64,000 nucleotides of DNA from NCBI GenBank assembly GCA_050633305.1, contig JBOEGF010000010.1, positions 128,001 through 192,000 on the forward strand. The letters run 5' to 3'. The translations under genes and the position numbers were made by a program. Shown here one piece after another: positions 1-9,077 of this stretch; the first letter of the stretch is position 1, and every line of letters starts with the position of its first letter. Source of the DNA: Nannocystales bacterium. GTDB taxonomy: Bacteria; Myxococcota_A; Polyangia; Nannocystales; Nannocystaceae. The notes beneath the pieces are model-generated. The model saw only the letters and a list, made by a program, of their open reading frames with translations. It made no database searches and was not told the DNA's origin.

Positions 1-153
1 CGCTGGACATTCGGTCGCGCAGAAGACGACGTGGCTGACAGCTGCATGCTGCAGGACACGACGGACGCGTTGCTGGACGGGGCGTCGCTGCAGGATGTCT
101 TGCGTGGCATGGCGCTTCGAGCAGAGTTCAAGACCCGAAAGATCGAGGAGTAG
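1..153 (+). CDS. 3' end of a DUF1592/DUF1588/DUF1585-family protein (partial, runs in from the window edge)
   Basis: Frame 1 reads RWTFGRAEDDVADSCMLQD...LRGMALRAEFKTRKIEE* (TAG 151-153). It resembles the C-terminus of the DUF1592-type protein at 20619-22301 and lies directly upstream of a DUF1552 gene. Confidence 0.6.
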   Translation, partial: RWTFGRAEDDVADSCMLQDTTDALLDGASLQDVLRGMALRAEFKTRKIEE

Positions 154-157
154 TTCG

Positions 158-1690
158 ATGAGCCGATTCAGCGCAACCCGTCGTCACTTCCTCCGCGGTG
201 CAGGGGGCTTCTCGCTCGCCCTCCCGTTGCTCCCTTCGCTGATGCCCCGTGGGGCGGGAGCCAAGGGAACCTCTGCCATCCCGCCGCGCTTCGTCTCCAT
301 CTGCACCCAGCACGGAGCGGTCTGGGAAGACTTCATGCACCCGAGCCAAGACACTCTTGGCGAGTCGATGAACTACGGGGGCCATACGATTCGCCGCGGC
401 GACCTCGAGGTTGCCGTGCAGGGCGACCGCGCGAGCTTGTCGTCGGTGCTCTCGGGAGGTTCGGAGCTGCTCACGCCGGAGCTTGCCGCCAAGATGAACG
501 TGATTCGCGGTCTCGACGTCCCGTTCTACATCGGTCACCACCGTGGAGGGCACCTCGGGAACTGGGCGGCCAACGACGGGAACGGGGAAGACGGTCAGGT
601 CCAGCAGGGAAGCCCGACACCCTCGATCGACCAGGTGTTGGCCTACTCCGACGCGTTCTACGGGGACCTCGGCGCGGTGCTCGAGCGCAGCATGATCGTC
701 GCAGACAGCCACTCCTACGGGTGGTCCAGTCCGCAGACCCAGTCTGGGGAAATCGTGCAGCTTCCGGCGGAGATCAGCTCGCTTGCGCTGTTCAACCGCA
801 TCTTCGTGCCCGAGGAGGAAGAGACGTCGCCGCGCCCGCCGGTCATCGATCGGGTCTTGGAGAACTACAACTCGCTGCGCCAGAGCAATCGCCGACTCTC
901 CGCGCGTGACCGCCAGAGGCTCGACGAGCACATCGAACGCATTGACGAGCTGCAGCGGCGCTTGGGTGTGACGGTGTCCTGCGGCGATGTGGACGTGCCG
1001 ACCACGGACTCCACCGAGCCGTTCTACGACCCCTCGTATCACATCAACCCGGCGCTCCAGGCCGACTTCTGGTCGCTGTTCAACGACGTGATCGTCACCG
1101 CGTTTCTCTGTGGCACGTCGAAGATCGCCGTCCTTGGTGTCACGCACCTGTTCAACGACTACACGGGGGACTGGCACCAGGACGTGGCACACCAAGCTCA
1201 CCTTCCCGACGGCGAGCGCCAAGGAAACCTGTGGGCAGCCAACCAGGCCACGTTCGAGGGCGTCATGCTGGACCTCATCGCCAAGCTCGATGTCGATGAG
1301 GGGGATGGGACGACCGTGTTGGACAACACCTTGGTCCAGTGGACGCAGGAATCCGGTCCCTTCACGCACGAGTCGATCGACACCACGGTCGTCACGGCGG
1401 GCGGCGCTGGTGGATGCCTGCGCACCGGTCAGTTCATCGACTACCGCAACAGGGACGTGCTGGCGGAGGAGAAGTTCTATCAAGGGACGCCGGTTCGGCT
1501 GCATCCGGGCCTGCTTCACCAGCAGTACCTCGGCTCGGCCTTGCAAGCGATGGGGCTGCAGCCCTCCGACTACGAGATCGATCCGGGCGGTGGGTATCCC
1601 AACTTGTTCATCGGCGAGGGCCGAGACCCGTTGTACCCGGAGTCGGTTCGCAACGTCCGAGGGGAGATGCTTCCGTGGCTCGAGGCGTAG
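158..1690 (+). CDS. DUF1552 family protein with Tat signal
   Basis: N-terminus MSRFSATRRHFLRGAGGFSLALPLLPSL (twin-Arg); PSIDQVLA, DRQRLDEHIERIDELQRRL and LDNTLV motifs; GAGGAG near the ATG at 158 chosen as start. Confidence 0.8.
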   Translation: MSRFSATRRHFLRGAGGFSLALPLLPSLMPRGAGAKGTSAIPPRFVSICTQHGAVWEDFMHPSQDTLGESMNYGGHTIRRGDLEVAVQGDRASLSSVLSGGSELLTPELAAKMNVIRGLDVPFYIGHHRGGHLGNWAANDGNGEDGQVQQGSPTPSIDQVLAYSDAFYGDLGAVLERSMIVADSHSYGWSSPQTQSGEIVQLPAEISSLALFNRIFVPEEEETSPRPPVIDRVLENYNSLRQSNRRLSARDRQRLDEHIERIDELQRRLGVTVSCGDVDVPTTDSTEPFYDPSYHINPALQADFWSLFNDVIVTAFLCGTSKIAVLGVTHLFNDYTGDWHQDVAHQAHLPDGERQGNLWAANQATFEGVMLDLIAKLDVDEGDGTTVLDNTLVQWTQESGPFTHESIDTTVVTAGGAGGCLRTGQFIDYRNRDVLAEEKFYQGTPVRLHPGLLHQQYLGSALQAMGLQPSDYEIDPGGGYPNLFIGEGRDPLYPESVRNVRGEMLPWLEA

Positions 1691-2901
1691 CCGCTTTCAC
1701 TCTTGTGGCGCTGCTCGGGTGCGACTCCGACGCGGGCGACGGAGGAGACACCGACGCAGGAAGCTCCGGTCGCGTTGAGCCGACGGCCACCGACGGCGCG
1801 AGTGCAGGACCGACCACGGACTCCCAGTCCAGCACATCCGGCCAAGACGGCACGAGCAGTGATGGCCCGCAAACGTCGACCGACGATGGCTCGACCTCGG
1901 GTGGTCCCACCGAGACCGAGGGCAGTACGGGGGAGCCGGAGGGGGTTCCGGTCGTGGTGTCCCTGGCGCATGGCGGTCAGACCGCACGAAGCTGTGATGG
2001 GCAGAGCTGGACCGACTTTCACGAGTTTGGCATCCAAGATGACCACAGCGACTACGCAGCGTTTGGGGGCCTGACGTTTGGGAACGGAGCGTTCGTTGCG
2101 GCCACCGGATGGGGCGCGCCGGCTCACATTTTGCGCTCGACCGATGGCGTGACTTGGGAGGACCTCTCCGACGAGGCGTTCGTGACCCCTGAAGGGGTGG
2201 CGCGGCCTGGCAACGGCGCCAGCGGAGTGGAGTTTGTGGGAGACGAGTTTGTGTTGCTTGCAGGTTCGTACCTGTGGCGCTCGGCGGACGGCAACACCTG
2301 GACGGCGGAGCAACCCGAGACACTCTCGTACTCCGGCCACTTTCGCGAAGTCGAATACCTGCCTGAGCCAGGGCTCTTGCTGATCGCCACCGAGGCTTAC
2401 GAGGCGCAGCAGTCCTGGACGATTCAAGTCAGCGCGGACGGAGGTGCGACCTGGCACAGTGGCACGGGGGCGACCGCCGAGTGCGTCGGCTACGTGCAGC
2501 ACGTCGGTGGATTCACCGCGCACGACGGTCGGCTTCTGATCGGTGGGGGCGCGGGTCCAACCTGCGTCAGTGACGACGGCGGACTCACCTGGGTCGAGGC
2601 TGGAAACGTGGGCTCGGAGATCGCCGACGTTGCGTCATACGAGGGAGGATTCCTCGCGCTTGTGCAGAGCGGGGAGGTGTTCGCGAGCGAAGATGGCGAG
2701 GCCTGGGCCCCGCTGGGCAACGCCGGCCTTGATGGTGGGCGCCTGGGATGGCACCCCGAGCTCGGTTTCTTCGGCGAAGGCGGGGCCGTGTACGCTCACT
2801 CGCCCGACGGAGCGACGTGGACCGACGCGGCCTCGCAGCCACCGGAGGGGTTCATCCATGTCCGGGAGTTCGCCGTCGGTCGACTTCCGTCCTGCCCCTA
2901 G
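1675..2901 (+). CDS. Lipoprotein with Asp-box (BNR) beta-propeller
   Basis: GTG at 1675 gives the lipobox LLGC, then a Ser/Thr/Gly tether and about six SxDGxTW boxes (STDGVTW, SADGNTW, SADGGATW, SDDGGLTW, SEDGEAW, SPDGATW). Confidence 0.75.
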   Translation: MARGVAAFTLVALLGCDSDAGDGGDTDAGSSGRVEPTATDGASAGPTTDSQSSTSGQDGTSSDGPQTSTDDGSTSGGPTETEGSTGEPEGVPVVVSLAHGGQTARSCDGQSWTDFHEFGIQDDHSDYAAFGGLTFGNGAFVAATGWGAPAHILRSTDGVTWEDLSDEAFVTPEGVARPGNGASGVEFVGDEFVLLAGSYLWRSADGNTWTAEQPETLSYSGHFREVEYLPEPGLLLIATEAYEAQQSWTIQVSADGGATWHSGTGATAECVGYVQHVGGFTAHDGRLLIGGGAGPTCVSDDGGLTWVEAGNVGSEIADVASYEGGFLALVQSGEVFASEDGEAWAPLGNAGLDGGRLGWHPELGFFGEGGAVYAHSPDGATWTDAASQPPEGFIHVREFAVGRLPSCP

Positions 2902-2916
2902 CAGGCATGGAAGAGG

Positions 2917-3516
2917 TTACTCGAAGCGTACCTGGAGGTGCGTGCGCTCGGGCTCAAACGCGATGGGCTTGCAGTAGACGTTCTCGTAGCCCTTGACCTC
3001 GAGCGCAGCCCGCATGGCTGTGGCGTAGCAGCGACCAAGAATCGGAGGCACCAAGTGTGGCGGGTGGACGATATAGACCTCCCAGTGGTCGTCCCCGCCG
3101 ACGACGATCAGTTCCGTACCTCGGTGCAGCTGCGAATAGGTGACCGACGCCCCTTTGACAGCTCGGCTCTTGGACAACAGACCCAGGAGGATGCGGTACA
3201 TCGGCTTGTTCACCAGGGTGCGGTTGCGTTCCAATGCGTCCGCGACAAAGGCATCGTCGCTCTCGAAGAACCGCTCTCGGAGCCCGAGGTACACCATCGT
3301 CGCGTGAACCTCTGGGACCCACCGCGTGACGGGAAACTCTCGTTGAAGGAGGGGGTGGACGGCGTCGGGAAGGCTGCTGACCAGGGCCGTTGCGTCGTGG
3401 CCCTCCAGCCACGTCGCGACCACGGAGTATTTGACCTCCGCCTCGGGAAACGCGTCGATTCCACCGGGAAGTTGGTCCAGGTAGGCCGCAACGCGTGGCA
3501 GGACGGAGGCAGCCAC
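2917..3516 (-). CDS. Conserved myxobacterial hypothetical protein (TIGR02265/DUF2378-like)
   Basis: Good coding ORF (YLDQLPGG...RWVPEVH...YSQLHRGT). GTG 3516 has TATCTT 7 nt upstream. The family assignment is from memory. Confidence 0.5.
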   Translation of the reverse strand: MAASVLPRVAAYLDQLPGGIDAFPEAEVKYSVVATWLEGHDATALVSSLPDAVHPLLQREFPVTRWVPEVHATMVYLGLRERFFESDDAFVADALERNRTLVNKPMYRILLGLLSKSRAVKGASVTYSQLHRGTELIVVGGDDHWEVYIVHPPHLVPPILGRCYATAMRAALEVKGYENVYCKPIAFEPERTHLQVRFE

Positions 3517-3636
3517 CAACGACAAGATAGCGGAACTCGAGCGAACACGGACCCTCAAGTTTGGAGGCGCGGTGCGTCCACGTCGCGACAGTCGAAATCT
3601 CCTTCGCGATCGGCCGCGCTAGGGTTCACCGGGGGC

Positions 3637-3645
3637 TGCTAGGCT
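3637..3645 (+). promoter_or_regulatory. Extended -10 box TGCTAGGCT, probable leaderless promoter
   Basis: TAGGCT ends 5 nt before ATG 3651; no SD; the same 15-mer recurs at 11150-11164. Confidence 0.55.
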
Positions 3646-3650
3646 GCGGC

Positions 3651-4637
3651 ATGACTCGGGGCTCGGTAGGCGCTCAGGCGTTTTGGGTTGTGCAGCCAGG
3701 TGTAGGCGAGCTGCGCTCGCTGGATGTTCCCGCGCCCGAGCGTGACCAGGTCCGGATTCGGACCCTGTTCTCTGGCGTCAGTCGTGGCACCGAGTCCCTC
3801 GTCTTTCACGGGCGGGTCCCCCGAGCCGAGCACGAACGGATGCGTGGTCCGCATCAGGAAGGCTCGCTGGCACTGCCGGTCAAGTACGGCTACTGCCTCA
3901 TTGGGGAAGTCACCGAAGGGGAAGGCGCAGGTCGTCGGGTGTTCTGCCTTCACCCACACCAAAGCTGGGCCTGCGTCGAATCGAGCATGGTGACCGAGCT
4001 ACCCGGCACGCTTCCGCCCGGACGCGCGGTCCTCACCGCAAACATGGAGACCGCACTCAACGCGACGTGGGACGGCGGCGTCTCTCCCGGCGACCGCGTT
4101 GTGGTGGTTGGCGGAGGGGTGGTCGGATGTTTGGTCGCCTACCTGTGTGGCCGCATCCCCGGCACGAACGTTCAACTCGTCGATGTCGACGAGCGGAGGG
4201 AAGCCGTCGCGTCCGCGCTGGGCGTCGACTTCGCGGTCCCGCCGGGGACGTGGTCCGAAGCCGACGTTGTGTTTCACGCGAGCGCCACTTCTGCTGGCCT
4301 GCAGACCGCAGTCGATGCCTCTGGTCTCGAGGCACGGATCGTCGAGGTGAGCTGGTACGGCGACAAGCCCGTCTCGCTCGAGCTCGGGGCTCAGTTCCAC
4401 CCCGGTCGCCTTCAGATCGTCTCCTCCCAAGTCGGCCGTATTCCAGCCTCACGGGCTGCTCGCTGGAGCTACGGACGTCGGCTCCGTGTGGCCCTCGAGT
4501 TGCTCTGCGACGACGTGCTCGACGTGCTGATCTCCGGAGAGTCTCCGTTCGAGACCATGCCCGCCGTGATGTCTCGCATTTTGGCGCCCGCATCGGAGCG
4601 ATCCGAGCCGGTGTTGTGCCACCGGATCTGCTACTGA
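3651..4637 (+). CDS. MDR-superfamily (Zn-type alcohol/threonine dehydrogenase-like) oxidoreductase
   Basis: GroES-like N-terminus (SGVSRGTE, PVKYGY), Rossmann motif VVGGGVVG, VEVSWYG. Confidence 0.85.
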   Translation: MTRGSVGAQAFWVVQPGVGELRSLDVPAPERDQVRIRTLFSGVSRGTESLVFHGRVPRAEHERMRGPHQEGSLALPVKYGYCLIGEVTEGEGAGRRVFCLHPHQSWACVESSMVTELPGTLPPGRAVLTANMETALNATWDGGVSPGDRVVVVGGGVVGCLVAYLCGRIPGTNVQLVDVDERREAVASALGVDFAVPPGTWSEADVVFHASATSAGLQTAVDASGLEARIVEVSWYGDKPVSLELGAQFHPGRLQIVSSQVGRIPASRAARWSYGRRLRVALELLCDDVLDVLISGESPFETMPAVMSRILAPASERSEPVLCHRICY

Positions 4638-5042
4638 GTGGCCATGTTTACCGTCTGCGTCCGCGACCACGTCATGATCGCCCACAGTTTTCGCGGTGAG
4701 GTCTTCGGACCCGCCCAGCGCCTTCACGGTGCCACCTATGTGGTCGACGTCGAGTTCCGCCGCGCCGAGCTCGACGTCAACGGTCTCGTCGTCGACATCG
4801 GCCGAGCCTCCGACGCGCTCAAGGCCATCGTCGGAGACTACGCCTACCGGAACCTCGACGAGATGCCCGAGTTCGAGGGCAAGAACACCACGACCGAGGC
4901 CTTGGCCAAAGTGATCTTCGACAAGATGAAAGCCAAGATCGACTCCGGCGTGGTTGGACCTGGCTCGGATGGGCTCGCGTCGATGAAGGTGTCGCTGCAC
5001 GAGTCGCACGTGGCTTGGGCTGCGTACGACGCTGCGTTGTGA
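4638..5042 (+). CDS. 6-pyruvoyl-tetrahydropterin synthase/QueD-fold (COG0720) protein, non-canonical subtype
   Basis: [21 protein letters not shown] and NTTTE and ES motifs of the T-fold. Abuts the stop codon of the upstream gene; the start may instead be ATG 4644. Confidence 0.85.
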   Translation: MAMFTVCVRDHVMIAHSFRGEVFGPAQRLHGATYVVDVEFRRAELDVNGLVVDIGRASDALKAIVGDYAYRNLDEMPEFEGKNTTTEALAKVIFDKMKAKIDSGVVGPGSDGLASMKVSLHESHVAWAAYDAAL

Positions 5043-5152
5043 CCGGAGCTTGTCGCTCACCGGTTGCTGGCCTGCGCGAGCTGGGCCAACGCCGCTTCCC
5101 GTGTTGTCCTGCTTCGATTGCGAGGCACGACCGGGGCTGATAACCCGGCAGG

Positions 5153-6190
5153 GTGCTGTTGGCTTCGCTTGCCGTACTGGTGCTGGCTCCGGAAGCGGAC
5201 GCGACCGAACAGCGCTGGCCCGCCGCCTACGAATTGACGTGGGAGGCACCTCCGTCGTGTCCAGAAGCGGAGGAGCTGAGGGAGCGCATCGCCGCACTCG
5301 CCCCCAACGCTGCCGGGGGCGACGGATTGATGCACGTGGCGGCGACCGTCGTGCAGTTGTCAGACCGGTTTTCTGTTCGTATCGCCACGGACTTCGCAGG
5401 TCGGCATGATGAGCGTTCCGCCGAGTCCGAGACCTGCGGGGACTTGGTCGACGCGACCGCGCTGGTCGTGGCAGTTGCACTCGAGCCCGGGGCCGAGGCG
5501 CCGCGAGTCTCGAAGTCTCCGACGCCAATCATTCCGCGACCACGTATCCCCGAGCCCGAACCGCCGAACTCCTCGGACCAGCTTGAGGTCACTGGTGCGC
5601 GAACATCGAAGGTTGTGGAGCCGGACCGCGGTGCATCGGATTCGCCGAGTGTGACACCTCAGCCGTTTCGCTTGTCTCCGCCGGACGCGATTCTCGTTCG
5701 AATCGCTCCGCTGGTCGAGTTCGGGAGCTTGCCGTCTGTCGATGCGGGCACGGCCCTGACCGCCGGTGTTCGGTGGGCTCATTGGCGTGCGGAGGTGTTC
5801 GGGCTGTATCTGTTTCCTCAGCGGCAGACCTTCGACCGGACCCGAAGCGTGCTGCAACTCGGAGCGGCCGGGGCACGCGTGTGTCACCGACTTCTCTCCG
5901 GCCGGGTGGAGTTTCCGACCTGTCTGGGGCTCGAGGCTGGAGCCTTGCGGGCGCAGACCCAGGGGCAGCGGCCGCGAACCACCCTCAGCCTGCCTTGGCT
6001 GGCGCCATCCGTCCGCGGGGGGGTGGCGGTGGGTGGAGAGCACGTTGGCTTCTTTGCGGCAGGGGAAGTTGCTGTTTCGGTGCTGGTCCCTCGGATCTTG
6101 GTGGGTGACGAAAGTGCATTCCGCACCCGGGCGGTGTCTCTGCGGGCGTTGGCGGGGGTTGAGTTCTTTCTTCCAATAGATCGACGTTGA
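5153..6190 (+). CDS. Secreted/outer-membrane protein (Cys-pair N-domain, Pro-rich linker, beta-strand-rich C-domain)
   Basis: Signal peptide, WEAPPSCP...TCGDLVDATALVVAVAL, Pro-rich linker, amphipathic beta strands ending GVEFFL. Confidence 0.65.
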   Translation: MLLASLAVLVLAPEADATEQRWPAAYELTWEAPPSCPEAEELRERIAALAPNAAGGDGLMHVAATVVQLSDRFSVRIATDFAGRHDERSAESETCGDLVDATALVVAVALEPGAEAPRVSKSPTPIIPRPRIPEPEPPNSSDQLEVTGARTSKVVEPDRGASDSPSVTPQPFRLSPPDAILVRIAPLVEFGSLPSVDAGTALTAGVRWAHWRAEVFGLYLFPQRQTFDRTRSVLQLGAAGARVCHRLLSGRVEFPTCLGLEAGALRAQTQGQRPRTTLSLPWLAPSVRGGVAVGGEHVGFFAAGEVAVSVLVPRILVGDESAFRTRAVSLRALAGVEFFLPIDRR

Positions 6191-7401
6191 TGTGGACACT
6201 GGGGAGGCAAGTGGCCGAAGCCAGCCAACCGATCAGCCCGGACTGCGACTTTCGCGCCGTCTACGACGGCTACCACGGCTTCGTTTGGTACACGCTGCAC
6301 CGTCTCGGCATCGCCCCGGAGGCGGTTGAGGACGCGGTTCAGGATGTCTTCGTGGTCGCGTTTCGGCGACGGTCCACGTTCGAGGGTCCCTCTGCCAAGG
6401 CGTGGCTCTACGGCATCGCTCGACGGGTCGCGAGCAACTACCGCCGTTCGCGTCGGCGTCGTCGGGAACGCATCCGGGCGCTGGGGACCGCATCGCCTCG
6501 CACGGCGACCGCGGATGCACGCGAGGCGATCGAGACGCTCAATCGCTACCTTGCGGGACTCAGTGTCACCGATCGAGAGATCTTCGTTCTCGCTGAGGTC
6601 GAGGGAATGACGGGTCCTGAGATCTCAGCGGCGTTCGGTCGTAATCTGCAGACGACCTACACCCGTATGCGCAAGCTTCGGTTGGGGTTCCGGGCAGCGC
6701 TGGCGGATCCAGCGGCCGTTAAACGAGACCACCCGCGCGCGAGCGCGGGCTCTTGGGCGGCCCTTGCTTCCGTGCTGAGCGAGTCACCGCTGGTGGCGAC
6801 CGGATGGACGGCTTCTCTGAGCTCGGCATGGATTGCCATCGGACTGGGCGCGACTGTGGCAGTGGCCGGGCTCGTCGTCGTCGATCGCGTCTTGCCCGAT
6901 ACGGCCCACATTCGACGCGCTGGCGTTGTGTCCAAGCCGGACCCTCGACCGCGGCCTGCCGATGCGGGGGAGGACTCCCAGCTGGCTGCCCCCGCGCCCC
7001 AACAACTCTCGCCCACGAAACCGGGATTGGCAGCTGAAGAGGACTCTGAGTCCGCGGCCGAGGCGATGGTTCGAGCTCCGAGTCACATCGTCGTCTCTCC
7101 CACCCCAACGCGGGAACGGCCGGGGCCCCGTGCCCTTGCGCCGGAGAACGCGCTGCTCCGAGATGCCGCGTCTGCGCTGGGACGTGGTGAATTCCAGGAG
7201 GCGCTGGAGTTCACCGACCGACACGCGGAGCAGTTCTCTCGCAGCGCGTTCACGGACCTGCGATCGGCGATTCGGATTCAGGCCCTGTGTGGACTAGGGA
7301 AGGTCGTGCAGGCCCGTGGCGAAGCTGCGTTGTTCCTTCGTCACTACCCCGAGTCAGCGGCCGCCGTCCGGGTTGAAAAGAGTTGTGCAGGCCCGTCATA
7401 G
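6190..7401 (+). CDS. ECF sigma factor fused to a TM helix and extracytoplasmic TPR-like domain
   Basis: Sigma2 EDAVQDVF and WLYGIARR; sigma4 REIFVLAEVEGMTGPEIS; TM AWIAIGLGATVAVAGLVVV; C-terminal helical ENALLRDA...IQALCGLG. TGATG overlap with the upstream gene. Confidence 0.8.
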   Translation: MWTLGRQVAEASQPISPDCDFRAVYDGYHGFVWYTLHRLGIAPEAVEDAVQDVFVVAFRRRSTFEGPSAKAWLYGIARRVASNYRRSRRRRRERIRALGTASPRTATADAREAIETLNRYLAGLSVTDREIFVLAEVEGMTGPEISAAFGRNLQTTYTRMRKLRLGFRAALADPAAVKRDHPRASAGSWAALASVLSESPLVATGWTASLSSAWIAIGLGATVAVAGLVVVDRVLPDTAHIRRAGVVSKPDPRPRPADAGEDSQLAAPAPQQLSPTKPGLAAEEDSESAAEAMVRAPSHIVVSPTPTRERPGPRALAPENALLRDAASALGRGEFQEALEFTDRHAEQFSRSAFTDLRSAIRIQALCGLGKVVQARGEAALFLRHYPESAAAVRVEKSCAGPS

Positions 7402-7430
7402 ATGCGGGCGCAGCCGGACAAGTCAGGAAC

Positions 7431-8309
7431 ATGAACACGCGTTTGCTCCGAACTTCGGTCCTCATTGTTTCGTTTCCCTTCGCGGGATGTGTGCAGTCCG
7501 GAGTGTTGGACGAAACAGGGACCGAGAACACGACAGACCCCTCGGGGAGCGAAACCCAGGGGGCGTCTTCAGAGGACTCGGGGCCTGGAACAATGCCCTC
7601 TGGGGATAGCGATGAGACGCTCGAGTCCGGAAGCAGCGGGGACGGGGGCGGGTTTTCCTGCGTCGACTACAGCCCTCCCGCGTTGGACTGTGGGACGAAC
7701 GCCGGGGCGACGGCCTCGGTTGGGTACTCCGTAGATACGCTCGGCCCTCTCCGAGATACCGAGTGCACGGTCGTCCGCATCCAGGATGCGAACGAGGGCA
7801 GCGTCGAACTGGAGTTCGCTTGCCCCACGGGCATCGCGAGCCTCTTCGTCTCGACACATCTTGCGGAGCTCCCTGTACCGTTCTCGGAGGGAGACTCGGT
7901 ACTGCTTACCGTTCAATCGCAGGGCTCCTCGTCCGTTGTTCGTTCGCTCAGTGGCCGACTCCTACTCGGCTACGTGGCCGTCGAAGGCTTCGAAGCGGAC
8001 GTCGATCTTGGGGCAATCGAGATCGTACACGGACTCAGCGGGTGCCCCGCCGAAGCGGAGTCCTCGGCGTCTTGCACCGAGGACGGATCGGTCTCCACCG
8101 CTCGCACCGCGCTCAAAGTGGCATCGGGCGGCCCGACGGGAGCGACCGTGTTCGAAGGACAGTCCGAGATCATCGAGCAGGGGGGGCGTTCGTTCCTCTT
8201 CGTCGTCGACGTCGCCCGGGAGCTGGTCTGCTGGGACGAGGACTGCACCACCGACGCGCCGTGGCTAGAGGACGGGGGGGCGATGGCCTTCCTACTCGTT
8301 GCTCAGTGA
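7431..8309 (+). CDS. Cys-rich hypothetical lipoprotein
   Basis: AGGA SD before ATG 7431; lipobox FAGC; Ser/Thr/Gly tether. Confidence 0.7.
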   Translation: MNTRLLRTSVLIVSFPFAGCVQSGVLDETGTENTTDPSGSETQGASSEDSGPGTMPSGDSDETLESGSSGDGGGFSCVDYSPPALDCGTNAGATASVGYSVDTLGPLRDTECTVVRIQDANEGSVELEFACPTGIASLFVSTHLAELPVPFSEGDSVLLTVQSQGSSSVVRSLSGRLLLGYVAVEGFEADVDLGAIEIVHGLSGCPAEAESSASCTEDGSVSTARTALKVASGGPTGATVFEGQSEIIEQGGRSFLFVVDVARELVCWDEDCTTDAPWLEDGGAMAFLLVAQ

Positions 8310-8396
8310 GGAAGCTGAGGGAGTCGAGGGGCTTGTGGGAGGCGACGACGGAAGCTTCGCTTCGCTGGCGAAAGCTGCGTATCCTACCCGCCCGCA

Positions 8397-9077
8397 ATGT
8401 CCGACCCTCTCGATCCCCGCCGCACCTTCGACCACGCGCTTGCGTTGGGCCTGGGCTTCGCCTGGGCTGGCTTCTCGGGGCAGACCCGTCCGTTGGTGAT
8501 CGCGGCGGTGTGGATGTTTGGGACGTGGCTGTGGAGTGCACGAGGCCGCTGGACGCCCAGTGGTCGGTTCGGGGCGGCCAACGTTGTCACGCTCATCCGA
8601 CTCGTCCTGGCGTTTTCGATGTTGGCGTTGCCGCTGCATCTGCGGCGACCCGGGGCGGGTCTGTTGCTGATGGCCTTCTTCGCGCTCGACGGCCTCGACG
8701 GAAAGCTCGCCCGACGATCGGGCCAGAGCTCGAAGTTCGGTGCGGCGTTCGACATGGAGACCGACGCCTTCATGACCGGGCTGGCATCGATCGTCGCAGT
8801 TGACCTGGGCTGCATGGGCCTGTGGATGCTCGGGGTTGGCGGGCTGCGCTACCTGTTCGTGCTGGTCACGTACCGCTTTCCAAGCGAGCCCGAGCCCGTA
8901 CGAACCAGCGCTCGCTGGGCGTTCTCGCTGCTGATGGTCGGGCTGACCGCGGCGCTGACCCTGGACTGGCCGCCGTTCGATTGGTTGGCGGCCGCGGGCG
9001 CCGCGGGAGTCGTCGTGTCGTTTGGGCGATCGTTCGTGTGGGTGTTCCAGCACCGTCGCGGGACGTCCGTCGTGTGA
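8397..9077 (+). CDS. CDP-alcohol phosphatidyltransferase family protein
   Basis: ANVVTLIR and the signature DGLDGKLARRSGQSSKFGAAFDMETD; multiple TM helices. Confidence 0.9.
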   Translation: MSDPLDPRRTFDHALALGLGFAWAGFSGQTRPLVIAAVWMFGTWLWSARGRWTPSGRFGAANVVTLIRLVLAFSMLALPLHLRRPGAGLLLMAFFALDGLDGKLARRSGQSSKFGAAFDMETDAFMTGLASIVAVDLGCMGLWMLGVGGLRYLFVLVTYRFPSEPEPVRTSARWAFSLLMVGLTAALTLDWPPFDWLAAAGAAGVVVSFGRSFVWVFQHRRGTSVV

